Assembly (NCBI RefSeq): GCF_009931435.1
Contig: NZ_CP043414.1
Reading direction: 5' to 3' (one strand)
DNA length: 64,000 nt
Origin: Escherichia coli
GTDB lineage: Bacteria > Pseudomonadota > Gammaproteobacteria > Enterobacterales > Enterobacteriaceae
Of the stretch, positions 1 to 16,360 are shown in pieces. Below the pieces are notes generated by a model that saw only the letters and a list, made by a program, of their open reading frames with translations, did not search any database and was not told the origin of the DNA. Numbering within the stretch: position 1 is the first letter of the stretch; the number at the start of each line of letters is the position of its first letter. A program made the translations under genes and the position numbers.

Positions 1-350
1 CGGTCTTCACGTTGTTCAGCAGACAAGTCGTCACGAATTTGCAGTACCGCCATCAGGTTATCGTAAACGCTGAGGCGACGAAAAATGGAGGCTTCCTGCG
101 GCAGATAGCCGATACCGCGGCGCGCGCGCGCATGCAGAGGCAGCAGACTGATATCGTCATCATCAATAATGATATTGCCCGCATCGCGCGGCACAATGCC
201 AACAACCATGTAGAAAGTGGTGGTCTTACCGGCACCGTTTGGCCCCAGCAGACCGACAATTTCCCCGGAGTTGACGGTCAGGCTAACGTCTTCTACCACG
301 CGGCGGCCTTTATAGGCTTTTGCAAGGTTCTTTGCAGTTAATGTTGCCAT
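1..350 (-). CDS. lptB: LPS export ABC transporter ATPase LptB, N-terminal part (gene continues beyond window start)
   Basis: Minus-strand reading from 350 gives MATLTAKNLAKAYKGRRVVEDVSLTVNSGEIVGLLGPNGAGKTT with Walker A; sits downstream of lptA in operon; the + ORF 12..341 is its antisense frame. Confidence 0.9.
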   Translation of the reverse strand, partial: MATLTAKNLAKAYKGRRVVEDVSLTVNSGEIVGLLGPNGAGKTTTFYMVVGIVPRDAGNIIIDDDDISLLPLHARARRGIGYLPQEASIFRRLSVYDNLMAVLQIRDDLSAEQRED

Positions 351-356
351 AACGAA

Positions 357-914
357 TTAATTACCCTTCTTCTGTGCCGGGGTCTGGCCTTTGTTGTTTT
401 TGTCCTGCAGCTGCGACGGCACCAGAACGGTGGTTACGCGCTTGCCTTTGTCGCTGAACGCCTGCATTTTCTGCTCTTTCACCAGGTAAGTGATCTTATC
501 ACCCTTAATGTTGCTATCGACCTGCTGCAGATAAGCATTACCCGTCAGAACGACAAAATCTTTTGCCAGTTCGTAGTGCATCTGGGAAGCGTGACCTTCA
601 ACGGGTTTACCGTTGTCCTGCATCTGGTAGAACGTTGCCGGTTTACCGTAGCCGTCAATCACTTCTTTACCTTGTTCGCCGCCCGGACGGGTAACGACCA
701 CTTTGTCGGCATTAATTTTGATGGTGCCTTGGGTGACGATGACATTACCGGTAAAGGTAACCACGTTGCCTTGCATATCAAGAGATTGCTGGTCCGATTC
801 AATGTGGATCGGCTGATCAGTGTCTCCGGTTACGGCAAATGCCGGAATGCTGGCGGCCAGAAGTGAGCTGGCAAGCACAAGATTAAGGCTGAGTTTGTTT
901 GTTTTGAATTTCAT
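357..914 (-). CDS. lptA: LPS transport periplasmic protein LptA
   Basis: ORF 357..935 trimmed to internal Met; MKFKTNKLSLNLVLASSLLAASIPAFA signal peptide; 185 aa. Confidence 0.93.
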   Translation of the reverse strand: MKFKTNKLSLNLVLASSLLAASIPAFAVTGDTDQPIHIESDQQSLDMQGNVVTFTGNVIVTQGTIKINADKVVVTRPGGEQGKEVIDGYGKPATFYQMQDNGKPVEGHASQMHYELAKDFVVLTGNAYLQQVDSNIKGDKITYLVKEQKMQAFSDKGKRVTTVLVPSQLQDKNNKGQTPAQKKGN

Positions 915-1458
915 AGGATGTTCTAACCTTTTCAATCAGCTCGGCGTTCTTGCTGCGTAAGTTGCCGCGCATTTTCAGACCGCTGGAGTTAAATGTTGTT
1001 CCGTATAACGTGACAAGGTCTTCAGAGGTAACATCCTGCGTCACCAGATTGATCTGCGCGTTATCCGTCGTGATTCTGCGAAGTTGAGAGTCCGGCACGA
1101 GTGCGTTGACTTCAACGTGTCCATATAAATAGAGCATCCGGTCATTGGTCAGCTTGGCTTTATCTGCTTTTACGGACCATGTCGGGATTTTATCCTTATC
1201 AAACGTGGTAAGTACCGGCTGCGTAAACCACGAAACGGCCTGATCGGAATAATATTCAACGTGTTGAGCAATCAATCGATAGCTTAGTGCCCCTTCTGGG
1301 TTATAGACGAGCGTGTCCGTATGCTCGCTTTTATAGGTGGGATCATTGTTGTTGACGACCACCTGGGCGGTATCGTCTTTTTCGGCCATATTAATGCCGA
1401 TCATCACCAGAACCGCCAGTGATAGCACAATGATAACCCAACGTCTGGCTTTACTCAT
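883..1458 (-). CDS. lptC: LPS transport inner-membrane anchor LptC
   Basis: 191 aa ORF MSKARRWVIIVLSLAVLVMIGINMA; overlaps lptA start and kdsC stop as in known operon. Confidence 0.93.
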   Translation of the reverse strand: MSKARRWVIIVLSLAVLVMIGINMAEKDDTAQVVVNNNDPTYKSEHTDTLVYNPEGALSYRLIAQHVEYYSDQAVSWFTQPVLTTFDKDKIPTWSVKADKAKLTNDRMLYLYGHVEVNALVPDSQLRRITTDNAQINLVTQDVTSEDLVTLYGTTFNSSGLKMRGNLRSKNAELIEKVRTSYEIQNKQTQP

Positions 1459-2021
1459 ATCGATTGCCCTTTGGCTTCATCCAGTTTGCCCTGCGCCAGG
1501 AGTAATAAGTCGCAAACTTCTCGCACTGCGCCACGACCGCCAGCAATGCGCGTTACGTAATCGGCGCGCGGGATCAACAGTGGATGCGCATCGGCCACGG
1601 CGACGCCTAAACCCACTTTTTCCATTACCGGCCAGTCGATGAGATCATCGCCGACATAAGCCACATTTTCCGGGGCAATCGCCAGTTTTTCCAGCAGATC
1701 GCTAAAGGCGATCAGTTTGTTTGACTGCCCCTGATACAAGTGAGTGATCCCCAATGTGGCACAACGATCTTCTACCAGTTTAGCCTTTCGCCCGGTAATG
1801 ATAGCGACTTCAATATCAGAGGTGAGCGCACAACGAATGCCATAACCGTCACGAACGTTGAACGCTTTCAGCTCTTCCCCGTTATTACCCATATAAATCA
1901 GGCCATCTGACAGTACGCCATCAACGTCGAGGATCAGCAGACGAATATTCTCTGCTTTTGCCATAACGTCGGCGCTGACAGGGCCGTAACAGGTCGCAAG
2001 CGACGCACCTGCTTTGCTCAT
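1455..2021 (-). CDS. kdsC: 3-deoxy-D-manno-octulosonate 8-phosphate phosphatase KdsC
   Basis: 188 aa HAD-family ORF with DVDGVL motif; conserved position. Confidence 0.93.
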   Translation of the reverse strand: MSKAGASLATCYGPVSADVMAKAENIRLLILDVDGVLSDGLIYMGNNGEELKAFNVRDGYGIRCALTSDIEVAIITGRKAKLVEDRCATLGITHLYQGQSNKLIAFSDLLEKLAIAPENVAYVGDDLIDWPVMEKVGLGVAVADAHPLLIPRADYVTRIAGGRGAVREVCDLLLLAQGKLDEAKGQSI

Positions 2022-2041
2022 TGTTGTTTATCCTTGAATCT

Positions 2042-3028
2042 TTACACTACGCCTGCACGCAGTAAATCATGCATATGTAACACACCGAGTAAATGGTCGC
2101 CATCGGCAACCATCACGGAGGTGATATGGCGGGACTGCATTAAGTTCAGTGCCTCAACGGCCAGAATGCCAGGGCGTACACGTATTCCCCCCGGCGTCAT
2201 CACATCGGCAATACTTAACTGACGAACATCCACACCCATATCGAAGACACGGCGTAAATCACCGTCGGTAAAGATGCCTTCAATCATCATATTGTCATCG
2301 CAAATGACCGTCATACCAAGATTTTTGCGGGTAACTTCCAGCAACGCGTCGCGCAGGCTGGCCGTTTTCTTAACATGCGGGATCTCATCGCCCGTATGCA
2401 TAATATCGTTTACGCGCAGCAGAAGTTTACGACCCAGTGCGCCGCCGGGGTGTGAGAGCGCAAAATCTTCAGCAGTAAAGCCGCGTGCTTTTAACAGCGC
2501 GACAGCGAGCGCATCGCCCATAACCAGCGTGGCGGTCGTGCTGCTGGTCGGTGCCAGCCCTAACGGACAGGCTTCTTTCGCTACTTTAACACACAGATGC
2601 ACATCTGCGGCGCGCGCCATGCTGCTCTCCGGGCGACCGGTGATGCAGATTAACGGCACGTGAAGACGCTTAAGCACTGGAATTAAGGCCGTGATTTCGC
2701 TGGATTCACCGGAGTTAGAGATAGCAATCACCACGTCCTGCGGGGTGACCATACCCAAATCACCATGAGCAGCTTCACCTGGATGGACGAAAAATGAAGG
2801 TGTACCAGTGCTGGCAAACGTTGCCGCCATTTTGCGCCCAATATGCCCCGATTTCCCCATCCCCATGACGACAACTTTCCCTTTACACCAGAACATCTTT
2901 TCACAGGCAAGCGTGAAATTCTGATTGATGTATTGATCAAGCTCCGCCAGGCAGTCACGTTCAATCGCCAGGACTTCTTTACCTGCTTGCTGAAAGTCAA
3001 AACCCGGTTGTAACTCTACGTGCGACAT
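2042..3028 (-). CDS. kdsD: D-arabinose 5-phosphate isomerase KdsD
   Basis: ORF 2042..3049 trimmed to MSHVELQPGFDF; SIS + CBS domains; 328 aa. Confidence 0.92.
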   Translation of the reverse strand: MSHVELQPGFDFQQAGKEVLAIERDCLAELDQYINQNFTLACEKMFWCKGKVVVMGMGKSGHIGRKMAATFASTGTPSFFVHPGEAAHGDLGMVTPQDVVIAISNSGESSEITALIPVLKRLHVPLICITGRPESSMARAADVHLCVKVAKEACPLGLAPTSSTTATLVMGDALAVALLKARGFTAEDFALSHPGGALGRKLLLRVNDIMHTGDEIPHVKKTASLRDALLEVTRKNLGMTVICDDNMMIEGIFTDGDLRRVFDMGVDVRQLSIADVMTPGGIRVRPGILAVEALNLMQSRHITSVMVADGDHLLGVLHMHDLLRAGVV

Positions 3029-3041
3029 AATGCGTTTCCAG

Positions 3042-4019
3042 TTATTCAACGAGTATTGGCGATAACCAGTACAACATCGCCAGCCATACGATAAATCCGC
3101 CAGTTAATAATACCCCTACACCACGGCCCGGTTGCGGGGAGCGCCGCCAGCACAGCAACGCAAAAATAATGCTCACCAACAACATCACGCTGTAGTCACG
3201 GCTGTACGCCAGTGGATCAATCTCTCCAGGCGTTATCAGCGCGGGTAAACCCAACACGATGACAATATTAAAAATGTTTGCGCCAATGATATTCCCGACA
3301 GCAATGTCGTTTTCACCTTTGCGAACCCCCGCGATTGCGGTTGCCAGCTCTGGCAGACTGGTTCCGATAGCGATTGCCGTCAGACCCATCGTCAACTCGC
3401 TGATGGCAAAGTAATTCGCCAGCACCGTGGCGTTATCAACCACCATCCGCGTGGCCACTGGCATGATGATCAGCGCAATGCCGAGCCATAAAAACGCGAC
3501 GGGCAATCCGCCTTCACGCGGCAGCTCTGCAAGCTGCTCTCTGGTCAGGCTGTCAGTCCCCTGACGTTCAGCCAGACGTGCAAGTTTAACAATGAACAGC
3601 AGCCATAGCACAGCCAGAAAGAGGAGAAAGATACCATCGCTGCGACTAAGTTGTCCGTCATAGAGTACGGAACCGGCCACCACACTGACCAACAACATTA
3701 AGGGTAATTCGCGGCGCAGAACATCGGAATGGACGGTAAAAGGACGTACCAGCGCAGCCAGACCGAGGATCAGCAAAATATTGATAATGTTTGATCCGAG
3801 GGCTACACCAACGGCTAAATCGCGTTGTTCGTGCAGTGATGCGGCAAGCGAAACGATGATTTCTGGTAACGATGTGCCAATACTGACCACCGTCATGCCG
3901 ATGATCAGTGGCGGTATGCCAAAGGATCGGCAAAGAATGGACGCGGCAAATACCAGGCGGTCGGCACTGTAAACGACCAAAAGTAAACCAACAATTAACA
4001 GTGCCGTAGCTAAAAGCAT
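3042..4019 (-). CDS. yrbG: Ca2+/Na+ antiporter-family inner membrane protein YrbG
   Basis: 325 aa polytopic membrane ORF; conserved position between kdsD and mlaF. Confidence 0.9.
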   Translation of the reverse strand: MLLATALLIVGLLLVVYSADRLVFAASILCRSFGIPPLIIGMTVVSIGTSLPEIIVSLAASLHEQRDLAVGVALGSNIINILLILGLAALVRPFTVHSDVLRRELPLMLLVSVVAGSVLYDGQLSRSDGIFLLFLAVLWLLFIVKLARLAERQGTDSLTREQLAELPREGGLPVAFLWLGIALIIMPVATRMVVDNATVLANYFAISELTMGLTAIAIGTSLPELATAIAGVRKGENDIAVGNIIGANIFNIVIVLGLPALITPGEIDPLAYSRDYSVMLLVSIIFALLCWRRSPQPGRGVGVLLTGGFIVWLAMLYWLSPILVE

Positions 4020-4228
4020 CTAACGTCCTTTCTTCAGGTATACTCGCCGGTCCGCTGAAGATTTTCAGAAAGCCGTAACGGATTCTTAATTTTGACTTTA
4101 TGCGGCTAAAAAGTAAAACAAATGCCAGCTTTCGCTAACCACGGCGGGTAATATTCTGTAAATATGTTGGGTTCAAGGTTAAATTGAGCGCCATGCTTAG
4201 AAAATCAACGCAAGACGAAGGGTGAATT

Positions 4229-5828
<1,600 letters not shown>

Positions 5829-5832
5829 GTTC

Positions 5833-6384
5833 ATGCAAACGAAAAAAAATGAAATTTGGGTGGGTATCTTTTTATTAGCAGCACTGCTGGCGGCGCTGTT
5901 TGTTTGCCTGAAGGCGGCGAACGTGACGTCCATGCGTACTGAACCAACCTACACGCTTTATGCGACGTTCGATAACATTGGCGGCCTGAAAGCGCGCTCT
6001 CCGGTCAGCATTGGTGGCGTTGTTGTGGGCCGGGTGGCGGATATTACGCTGGACCCGAAAACTTATCTGCCACGCGTAACGCTGGAAATTGAACAACGTT
6101 ATAACCACATTCCTGATACCAGTTCGCTGAGCATCCGTACTTCCGGCCTGCTGGGGGAACAATATCTGGCATTAAACGTCGGTTTTGAAGACCCGGAACT
6201 GGGGACTGCTATCCTGAAGGATGGCGATACAATCCAGGACACTAAGTCTGCGATGGTGCTGGAAGATCTCATTGGTCAGTTCCTTTACGGTAGTAAAGGC
6301 GATGACAATAAGAATAGTGGCGATGCGCCAGCTGCTGCGCCAGGTAATAATGAAACCACTGAACCTGTGGGTACAACGAAATAA
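5833..6384 (+). CDS. mlaD: MCE-domain phospholipid-binding protein MlaD
   Basis: ORF 5818..6384 trimmed to MQTKKNEIWVGIFLL; 183 aa. Confidence 0.92.
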   Translation: MQTKKNEIWVGIFLLAALLAALFVCLKAANVTSMRTEPTYTLYATFDNIGGLKARSPVSIGGVVVGRVADITLDPKTYLPRVTLEIEQRYNHIPDTSSLSIRTSGLLGEQYLALNVGFEDPELGTAILKDGDTIQDTKSAMVLEDLIGQFLYGSKGDDNKNSGDAPAAAPGNNETTEPVGTTK

Positions 6385-7037
<653 letters not shown>

Positions 7038-7038
<1 letters not shown>

Positions 7039-7331
7039 TGAGCGAGTCACTGAGCTGGATGCAGACGGGTGACACGCTGGCGTTATCCGGAGAGCTGGAT
7101 CAGGACGTTCTGCTACCGCTTTGGGAAATGCGTGAGGAGGCGGTGAAGGGGATTACCTGCATCGATCTTAGCCGTGTATCCCGCGTTGATACAGGTGGAC
7201 TGGCGCTGCTGCTCCATCTTATCGATCTGGCGAAAAAGCAGGGCAACAATGTGACGCTTCAGGGGGTAAACGACAAAGTGTATACCCTGGCGAAATTGTA
7301 TAATTTGCCTGCTGATGTTCTGCCTCGTTAA
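7038..7331 (+). CDS. mlaB: STAS-domain protein MlaB
   Basis: ATG at 7038 overlaps mlaC stop (TAATG); MSESLSWMQTGDTLALSGELD; 97 aa; ORF-track start 6942 lies inside mlaC. Confidence 0.9.
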
Positions 7332-7490
7332 ATTTTTTCAGGCCGGATAAGGCGTTAACCGCCTGTCCGGCAAACCTGCCTGCAAGTTGAGCCTTGTCTG
7401 ATTTATCAGCGAGGCTTTTTGCTTATTTATGCCAGCGCAACTTTGCTCTAAGATGTTTCGCTGGTTTATTAACTGATGATTGAAGATCCC

Positions 7491-7745
7491 ATGGAAAATA
7501 ATGAAATTCAGAGCGTGTTGATGAACGCTCTCTCCCTCCAGGAAGTCCACGTTTCCGGCGATGGCAGCCACTTTCAGGTTATTGCCGTGGGTGAGTTGTT
7601 TGACGGCATGAGTCGGGTTAAAAAACAGCAGACGGTCTATGGTCCGCTGATGGAATATATTGCGGATAACCGCATTCATGCTGTGTCGATCAAAGCGTAT
7701 ACCCCTGCGGAGTGGGCGCGCGATCGCAAACTGAACGGCTTTTGA
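7491..7745 (+). CDS. ibaG: BolA-family acid-stress protein IbaG
   Basis: ORF 7476..7745 trimmed to [28 protein letters not shown]; 84 aa. Confidence 0.9.
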
Positions 7746-7799
7746 GCTATGGGCGATTCGCCGGTAGCGGATATGAATTGTTAACTGAGAACAAACTAA

Positions 7800-9059
<1,260 letters not shown>

Positions 9060-9106
9060 TCGTCCGAGAGCTGGCAGCCCCGTTCGCGGGGCTACCGCCA
9101 GACCAC

Positions 9107-9385
9107 TCATTTTTTCGGTTTAGTGTAGCTACGCATCAACTGCGTTCTGTCGATAAACTCATGGGTCTGCGGATCATGGTAGCGTGATGGCCAGATAACC
9201 CAGGGGTCAGTTCCCAGGGCTTTCGCAATAATCATCTCTCCTTTCGGCCATGGGCGCGATAATGCGTTCGCCAGCGTTGAGGAACTCAAACCATTTCTAC
9301 GAGATTCCGCCGCCATTGACGTTCCTTTCTTGCGTAAACCCGCAATGATGTCAGCGGGATGCCAGTCAATGAAATTACTTTCCAT
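9107..9385 (-). CDS. sfsB: Ner-like DNA-binding regulator SfsB (Nlp)
   Basis: 92 aa ORF MESNFIDWHPADIIAGLRKKGTSMAA. Confidence 0.9.
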   Translation of the reverse strand: MESNFIDWHPADIIAGLRKKGTSMAAESRRNGLSSSTLANALSRPWPKGEMIIAKALGTDPWVIWPSRYHDPQTHEFIDRTQLMRSYTKPKK

Positions 9386-9613
9386 CTTTCCTCACTCCTT
9401 AAGTTAGTCGCTTTCATTCAGAACACTTCTTCTGTCGAGCATCACTATACTCCTGATGGCCTATTGCTCTAAAAAGTTCCTGTAAAGAGTGTGAATATTC
9501 AGAATATATAAAGATACATACACTGGTTTTTCAGGCGTTATTACGCTGAATAAGTGTTTTTATGGAACTTATTGGAATCATCCCGCGCACTGCGCGGGAT
9601 GAGGGGGAGGGGA

Positions 9614-10585
9614 TTAACGATCGCGTTGAACAGCGATGTGCGCGAGGCCGATGAGTGCTTCTCGCCACGGGGTGTCCGGGAGCACCTGTAACGCTGCGAT
9701 GGCTTTGTCTGCTTCTTCCTCGGCACGCTGACGCGTCCATTCAAGAGAGCCACAAGCGTTCATTGCTTCCAGAACCGGTTCCAGAAGATGACGACCGTTA
9801 CCCTGTTCGATGGCGGTACGAATCATCTGTGCCTGTTCTGGTGTGCCATGATGCATTGCATGCAGCAGCGGCAGCGTTGGTTTACCTTCGTTCAGATCAT
9901 CGCCGACGTTTTTACCCAACTGTTCGCCATCGGCATTGTAATCGAGCAAATCGTCGATCAACTGGAAAGCGGTGCCGAGATAACGCCCATAATCTTGCAG
10001 ACCTTTCTCCTCCTCCGGCGAACAACCTGCCAGAATCCCGGAACACTGCGCGGCAGCCTCAAACAGACGCGCGGTCTTGCTGTAGATAACGCGCATGTAG
10101 TTTTCTTCGGTGATGTCCGGGTCGTTAACGTTCATCAGTTGCAGAACTTCACCTTCTGCGATGACGTTTACGGCTTCAGACATCACTTCCAGCACTTTGA
10201 GCGAACCGAGGCTGGTCATCATCTGGAACGCGCGGGTATAAATAAAATCGCCTACCAGCACACTGGCAGCATTGCCAAACGCAGCGTTGGCGGTAGCTTT
10301 ACCCCTGCGCATATCTGATTCATCCACTACGTCGTCGTGTAGCAGAGTCGCCGTGTGGATAAATTCGATCAGGGCTGCAATGGTGACATGCGCATTTCCC
10401 TCATAGCCAACAGCTCGTGCAGCCAGTACAGCAATCATCGGACGAATACGTTTACCGCCGCCGCTGACGATGTAATAGCCTAACTGATTGATCAGTTGGA
10501 CGTCGGAATTAAGCTGCTCAAGGATTGCCGCATTAACACCCGCCATATCTTGCGCGGTTAACTCATTGATTTTTTCTAAATTCAT
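9614..10585 (-). CDS. ispB: octaprenyl diphosphate synthase IspB
   Basis: 323 aa with two DDxxD motifs (LLHDDVVDE, FQLIDDLLD). Confidence 0.95.
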   Translation of the reverse strand: MNLEKINELTAQDMAGVNAAILEQLNSDVQLINQLGYYIVSGGGKRIRPMIAVLAARAVGYEGNAHVTIAALIEFIHTATLLHDDVVDESDMRRGKATANAAFGNAASVLVGDFIYTRAFQMMTSLGSLKVLEVMSEAVNVIAEGEVLQLMNVNDPDITEENYMRVIYSKTARLFEAAAQCSGILAGCSPEEEKGLQDYGRYLGTAFQLIDDLLDYNADGEQLGKNVGDDLNEGKPTLPLLHAMHHGTPEQAQMIRTAIEQGNGRHLLEPVLEAMNACGSLEWTRQRAEEEADKAIAALQVLPDTPWREALIGLAHIAVQRDR

Positions 10586-10807
10586 CGCAAAAGCCGGGCT
10601 TTTCGCCCCGATTACCTTACTGTGAACAAAGGCAACTTAGGGTTTATGGTTAGGAATATAGGGTGATTGTACTGAAAAAATGGCACAGATAAACGTTACC
10701 GTACAAGTTGTGTTTTTTTTCTTCGTGTATTGACTGTAGCACTTGTCAAAGGCGTGCGTTTTGCGTAATATTCGCGCCCTATTGTGAATATTTATAGCGC
10801 ACTCTGA

Positions 10808-11433
<626 letters not shown>

Positions 11434-11457
11434 GTTTTTCGCGTCCCGGTAACGGAT

Positions 11458-11490
11458 GAAAGCCCCGCAACACGTTGCGGGGCTTTTTAC
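11458..11490 (+). terminator. intrinsic terminator after rplU-rpmA
   Basis: GC hairpin AGCCCCGCAACACGTTGCGGGGCT followed by TTTTT. Confidence 0.85.
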
Positions 11491-11559
11491 ATTCGATAAC
11501 CGGTAAAAATTCGCATCGTGCGGCGTTAACTCGCAAATGCGTTTTGTAGGGAATACGGT

Positions 11560-12525
11560 ATGAAGCAGCAGGCAGGCATTGGCATTCTTTTGGCGCTCAC
11601 CACAGCAATTTGCTGGGGGGCGTTGCCAATTGCAATGAAGCAGGTGCTGGAGGTGATGGAACCTCCGACAATCGTGTTTTACCGTTTCTTGATGGCGAGT
11701 ATTGGCCTTGGCGCCATTCTTGCGGTGAAGAAGAGGTTGCCGCCATTACGCGTGTTTCGTAAGCCACGCTGGTTGATTTTGTTGGCAGTGGCGACCGCCG
11801 GGCTGTTTGGGAACTTCATCCTGTTCAGCTCATCCTTGCAATACCTGAGTCCGACCGCTTCGCAGGTGATTGGGCAACTCTCGCCAGTTGGCATGATGGT
11901 TGCCAGCGTATTTATCCTGAAAGAGAAAATGCGCAGCACCCAGGTCGTGGGGGCATTGATGCTCCTGAGCGGCCTGGTGATGTTTTTTAACACCAGTCTG
12001 GTTGAGATATTTACAAAGCTCACCGATTACACCTGGGGAGTTATCTTTGGGGTCGGTGCGGCGACGGTTTGGGTGAGTTATGGCGTAGCGCAGAAGGTTT
12101 TATTGCGTCGGCTGGCCTCACCGCAGATCCTGTTTTTGCTGTACACTTTATGTACAATTGCGCTCTTCCCTCTGGCAAATCCTGGAGTGATAGCGCAGCT
12201 TAGCCACTGGCAGCTCGCATGTTTAATTTTTTGCGGACTGAATACATTGGTAGGATATGGCGCCCTGGCGGAAGCGATGGCTCGCTGGCAGGCAGCGCAG
12301 GTGAGCGCGATCATCACGCTCACCCCACTGTTTACGCTGTTTTTTTCAGATCTTTTATCACTGGCCTGGCCCGATTTCTTCGCCAGACCGATGTTAAACC
12401 TTTTAGGTTATCTCGGTGCGTTTGTCGTGGTTGCGGGCGCGATGTATTCCGCCATTGGTCATCGTATTTGGGGCGGATTACGTAAGCATACAACGGTGGT
12501 ATCGCAACCCCGCGCAGGCGAATGA
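11560..12525 (+). CDS. yhbE: EamA/DMT-family inner membrane transporter YhbE
   Basis: 321 aa polytopic ORF at conserved position upstream of obgE. Confidence 0.9.
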   Translation: MKQQAGIGILLALTTAICWGALPIAMKQVLEVMEPPTIVFYRFLMASIGLGAILAVKKRLPPLRVFRKPRWLILLAVATAGLFGNFILFSSSLQYLSPTASQVIGQLSPVGMMVASVFILKEKMRSTQVVGALMLLSGLVMFFNTSLVEIFTKLTDYTWGVIFGVGAATVWVSYGVAQKVLLRRLASPQILFLLYTLCTIALFPLANPGVIAQLSHWQLACLIFCGLNTLVGYGALAEAMARWQAAQVSAIITLTPLFTLFFSDLLSLAWPDFFARPMLNLLGYLGAFVVVAGAMYSAIGHRIWGGLRKHTTVVSQPRAGE

Positions 12526-13713
<1,188 letters not shown>

Positions 13714-13718
13714 TCAGC

Positions 13719-13750
13719 TAAACCCCGGCCATGTGCCGGGGTTTCTCTTT
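13719..13750. terminator. shared hairpin terminator between convergent obgE and dacB
   Basis: AAACCCCGGCCATGTGCCGGGGTTTCTCTTT between the two stop codons. Confidence 0.75.
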
Positions 13751-13753
13751 AGA

Positions 13754-15187
13754 CTAATTATTCTGATAAATATCTTTATACAAACGGCTTTCAAAACGCA
13801 CTAACGGAATGCGGCGATTACGCTGATCCGCGGGTTCTACCGCATAGCCAGAAAGATATTGTACAAACGCCATTCGTTGCCCGCTCGCTGTGGTAATGAA
13901 TCCCGCCAGGTTATATACCCCCTGCAAAGAGCCGGTTTTTGCTGAGACCTTTCCGTCCACGCCAGCCTGATGCAGGCCCGCACGGTACTGCAAAGAGCCG
14001 TCATAGCCTGCCAGCGGCAGCATAGAGATAAAGTTAAGTTCATTGTCATGTTGGGCAATGTATTGCAGCACCTGCATCATGGTGGCAGGTGCAATCAGGT
14101 TATGCCGCGAAAGCCCTGAACCATCGGCAATAATCGTGTTACCAATATCGATACCAGCTTGCTGACGCAGGATCTGACGTACGGCATCCGATCCGGCCCG
14201 CCATGTTCCGGGCACATTGAAGCGCGCATGGCCTATCATGCGGAAAACCGTATCGGCAATCATGTTGTCTGACTTTTTCAGCATAATCTTAAGCAGATCG
14301 TGCAACGGGGCCGACTGTTTACTGGCAACTACCGTTCCGGGTTCATTAACCTGAGTCTGGCGCAGCAGTGTTCCGCTCCAGGTGATACCTGCCTGTTTTA
14401 ACTCATCTTTCAGAATTGCACCGGCATAGCTGGCTCCATCCTGTATGGCAAAAGCCAACGGGAGCGGCTCAGAACGTTGTGGCAGGCATCCGGTCAGCGT
14501 AAAGCGGTTCAGGTCGCCTGGCACCACATCCAGCTCGCAATATTGCGCTTCGGCAGAACCACGGGGGAGGGTGCGTACCTGGCTGAACATCGTAACAGGG
14601 TAATAAGATGCCACGCGTATAAAGGCCATATCACCGGGTTTTTGGGCACTGTAGAGCGAGACGGAGAAACAGTTGCGGTCAACTATGGCGGCGGCAGGCG
14701 GAGCGCTAAAGCATTGTGTCATGTCATTCCACGGCCAGCCGGGTGCTTTATCGTGGCTGGCAAAAATGGAGGTGTCTATCAACACATTACCATCAATTTG
14801 GTTGACGCCAGATTTTTTCAAAGTCGTGACCATATTGCGAATATCCTGACGTTTTAACGTCGGATCGGCACCAAATCGCGCCACTAAGTCACCCTTGAGT
14901 ACGCCGTTTTCCACATTGCCTTTGGTTTCAAGCGTAGTAGTAAAACGAAAATCGGGGCCGAGTTGAATCAACGCCGCCAGCGCAGTAATCACTTTCTGCG
15001 TACTGGCGGGCAGCGCCATCTGCTGACTGTGGTAATCAATAGCGGGGGCCGATGCGCCGACTTTTTGCACCATCAGGGCAAGGTTGGCACCAGCGGGGAG
15101 TTGAGTAATGTACTCATCAACATTCGCGGCCTGAACACTGAACGCTATACAGCTGGTCAATCCGATGATAAATCTGGAAAATCGCAT
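13754..15187 (-). CDS. dacB: D-alanyl-D-alanine carboxypeptidase/endopeptidase PBP4 (DacB)
   Basis: 477 aa with signal peptide; STQK active-site motif (ASTQKVITALAAL). Confidence 0.95.
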   Translation of the reverse strand: MRFSRFIIGLTSCIAFSVQAANVDEYITQLPAGANLALMVQKVGASAPAIDYHSQQMALPASTQKVITALAALIQLGPDFRFTTTLETKGNVENGVLKGDLVARFGADPTLKRQDIRNMVTTLKKSGVNQIDGNVLIDTSIFASHDKAPGWPWNDMTQCFSAPPAAAIVDRNCFSVSLYSAQKPGDMAFIRVASYYPVTMFSQVRTLPRGSAEAQYCELDVVPGDLNRFTLTGCLPQRSEPLPLAFAIQDGASYAGAILKDELKQAGITWSGTLLRQTQVNEPGTVVASKQSAPLHDLLKIMLKKSDNMIADTVFRMIGHARFNVPGTWRAGSDAVRQILRQQAGIDIGNTIIADGSGLSRHNLIAPATMMQVLQYIAQHDNELNFISMLPLAGYDGSLQYRAGLHQAGVDGKVSAKTGSLQGVYNLAGFITTASGQRMAFVQYLSGYAVEPADQRNRRIPLVRFESRLYKDIYQNN

Positions 15188-15434
15188 AATCTCGCGCTAA
15201 CAACCTGGAATCGAGCCGTCATACTACGGCGCAACGCCCTATAAAGTAAACGATGACCCTGCGGGAACTTCAGGGTAAAATGACTATCAAAATGTGAATT
15301 GCAGCTGACCTGGGACTTGTACCCGGGTCGGTATTTTTTTGCTTCTGGTCCCGGTGAGGAGTTATGCCGGGCAGGCCGAACAGCTGGGGTGGGTGGAGAC
15401 TCGCCCCATCAGGAATATTCAAGAGGTATAACAA

Positions 15435-15911
<477 letters not shown>

Positions 15912-15954
15912 GAATTACCCAATACTCAAGATGTTGATGTATTGTAAAGAAAGG

Positions 15955-15982
15955 AAAAAGGCCGCTATGCGGCCTTTTATCA
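15955..15982 (+). terminator. intrinsic terminator after greA
   Basis: AAAAAGGCCGCTATGCGGCCTTTTAT. Confidence 0.8.
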
Positions 15983-16066
15983 ACGAACAGAGCGTGGCAT
16001 TTTGCTCTCCTGCCTGCGGAAAACCCCTCGTTTTACACAGCAAATGTGTGTAACTTTAGGATAATC

Positions 16067-16360
16067 TTAGCGTGGCAACGAGATTTTACGTTCTTTAGTT
16101 GGGCGATAAAGCACCAGCGTTTTACCGATGACCTGTACATTACAGGCGCCGGTTTCGCGCACGATAGCTTCCACGATCAAGGTTTTAGTTTCGCGATCTT
16201 CGGTGGCGATTTTCACCTTGATGAGTTCATGGTGCTCTAACGCTTGTTCAATCTCGGCCAGTACCCCTTCGGTCAAACCATTACTGCCAAGCAGAACAAC
16301 TGGCTTGAGCGGATGTGCCAGACCTTTCAGGTGCTGTTTTTGTTTAGTACTCAGATTCAT
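16067..16360 (-). CDS. yhbY: CRS1/YhbY-family RNA-binding protein
   Basis: 97 aa MNLSTKQKQHLKGLAHPLKPVVLLG; divergent from rlmE. Confidence 0.93.
   Translation of the reverse strand: MNLSTKQKQHLKGLAHPLKPVVLLGSNGLTEGVLAEIEQALEHHELIKVKIATEDRETKTLIVEAIVRETGACNVQVIGKTLVLYRPTKERKISLPR

Noticed and set aside
12-341. 109 aa plus-strand ORF at the start of the window
   Set aside because: It is the antisense frame of lptB; the minus strand here translates cleanly to the LptB N-terminus with its Walker A motif.
9541-9753. small overlapping ORFs and a CCCGCGCACTGCGCGGG palindrome between sfsB and ispB
   Set aside because: The palindrome is best explained as the ispB transcription terminator; the ORFs overlap the ispB 3' end and lack start signals.
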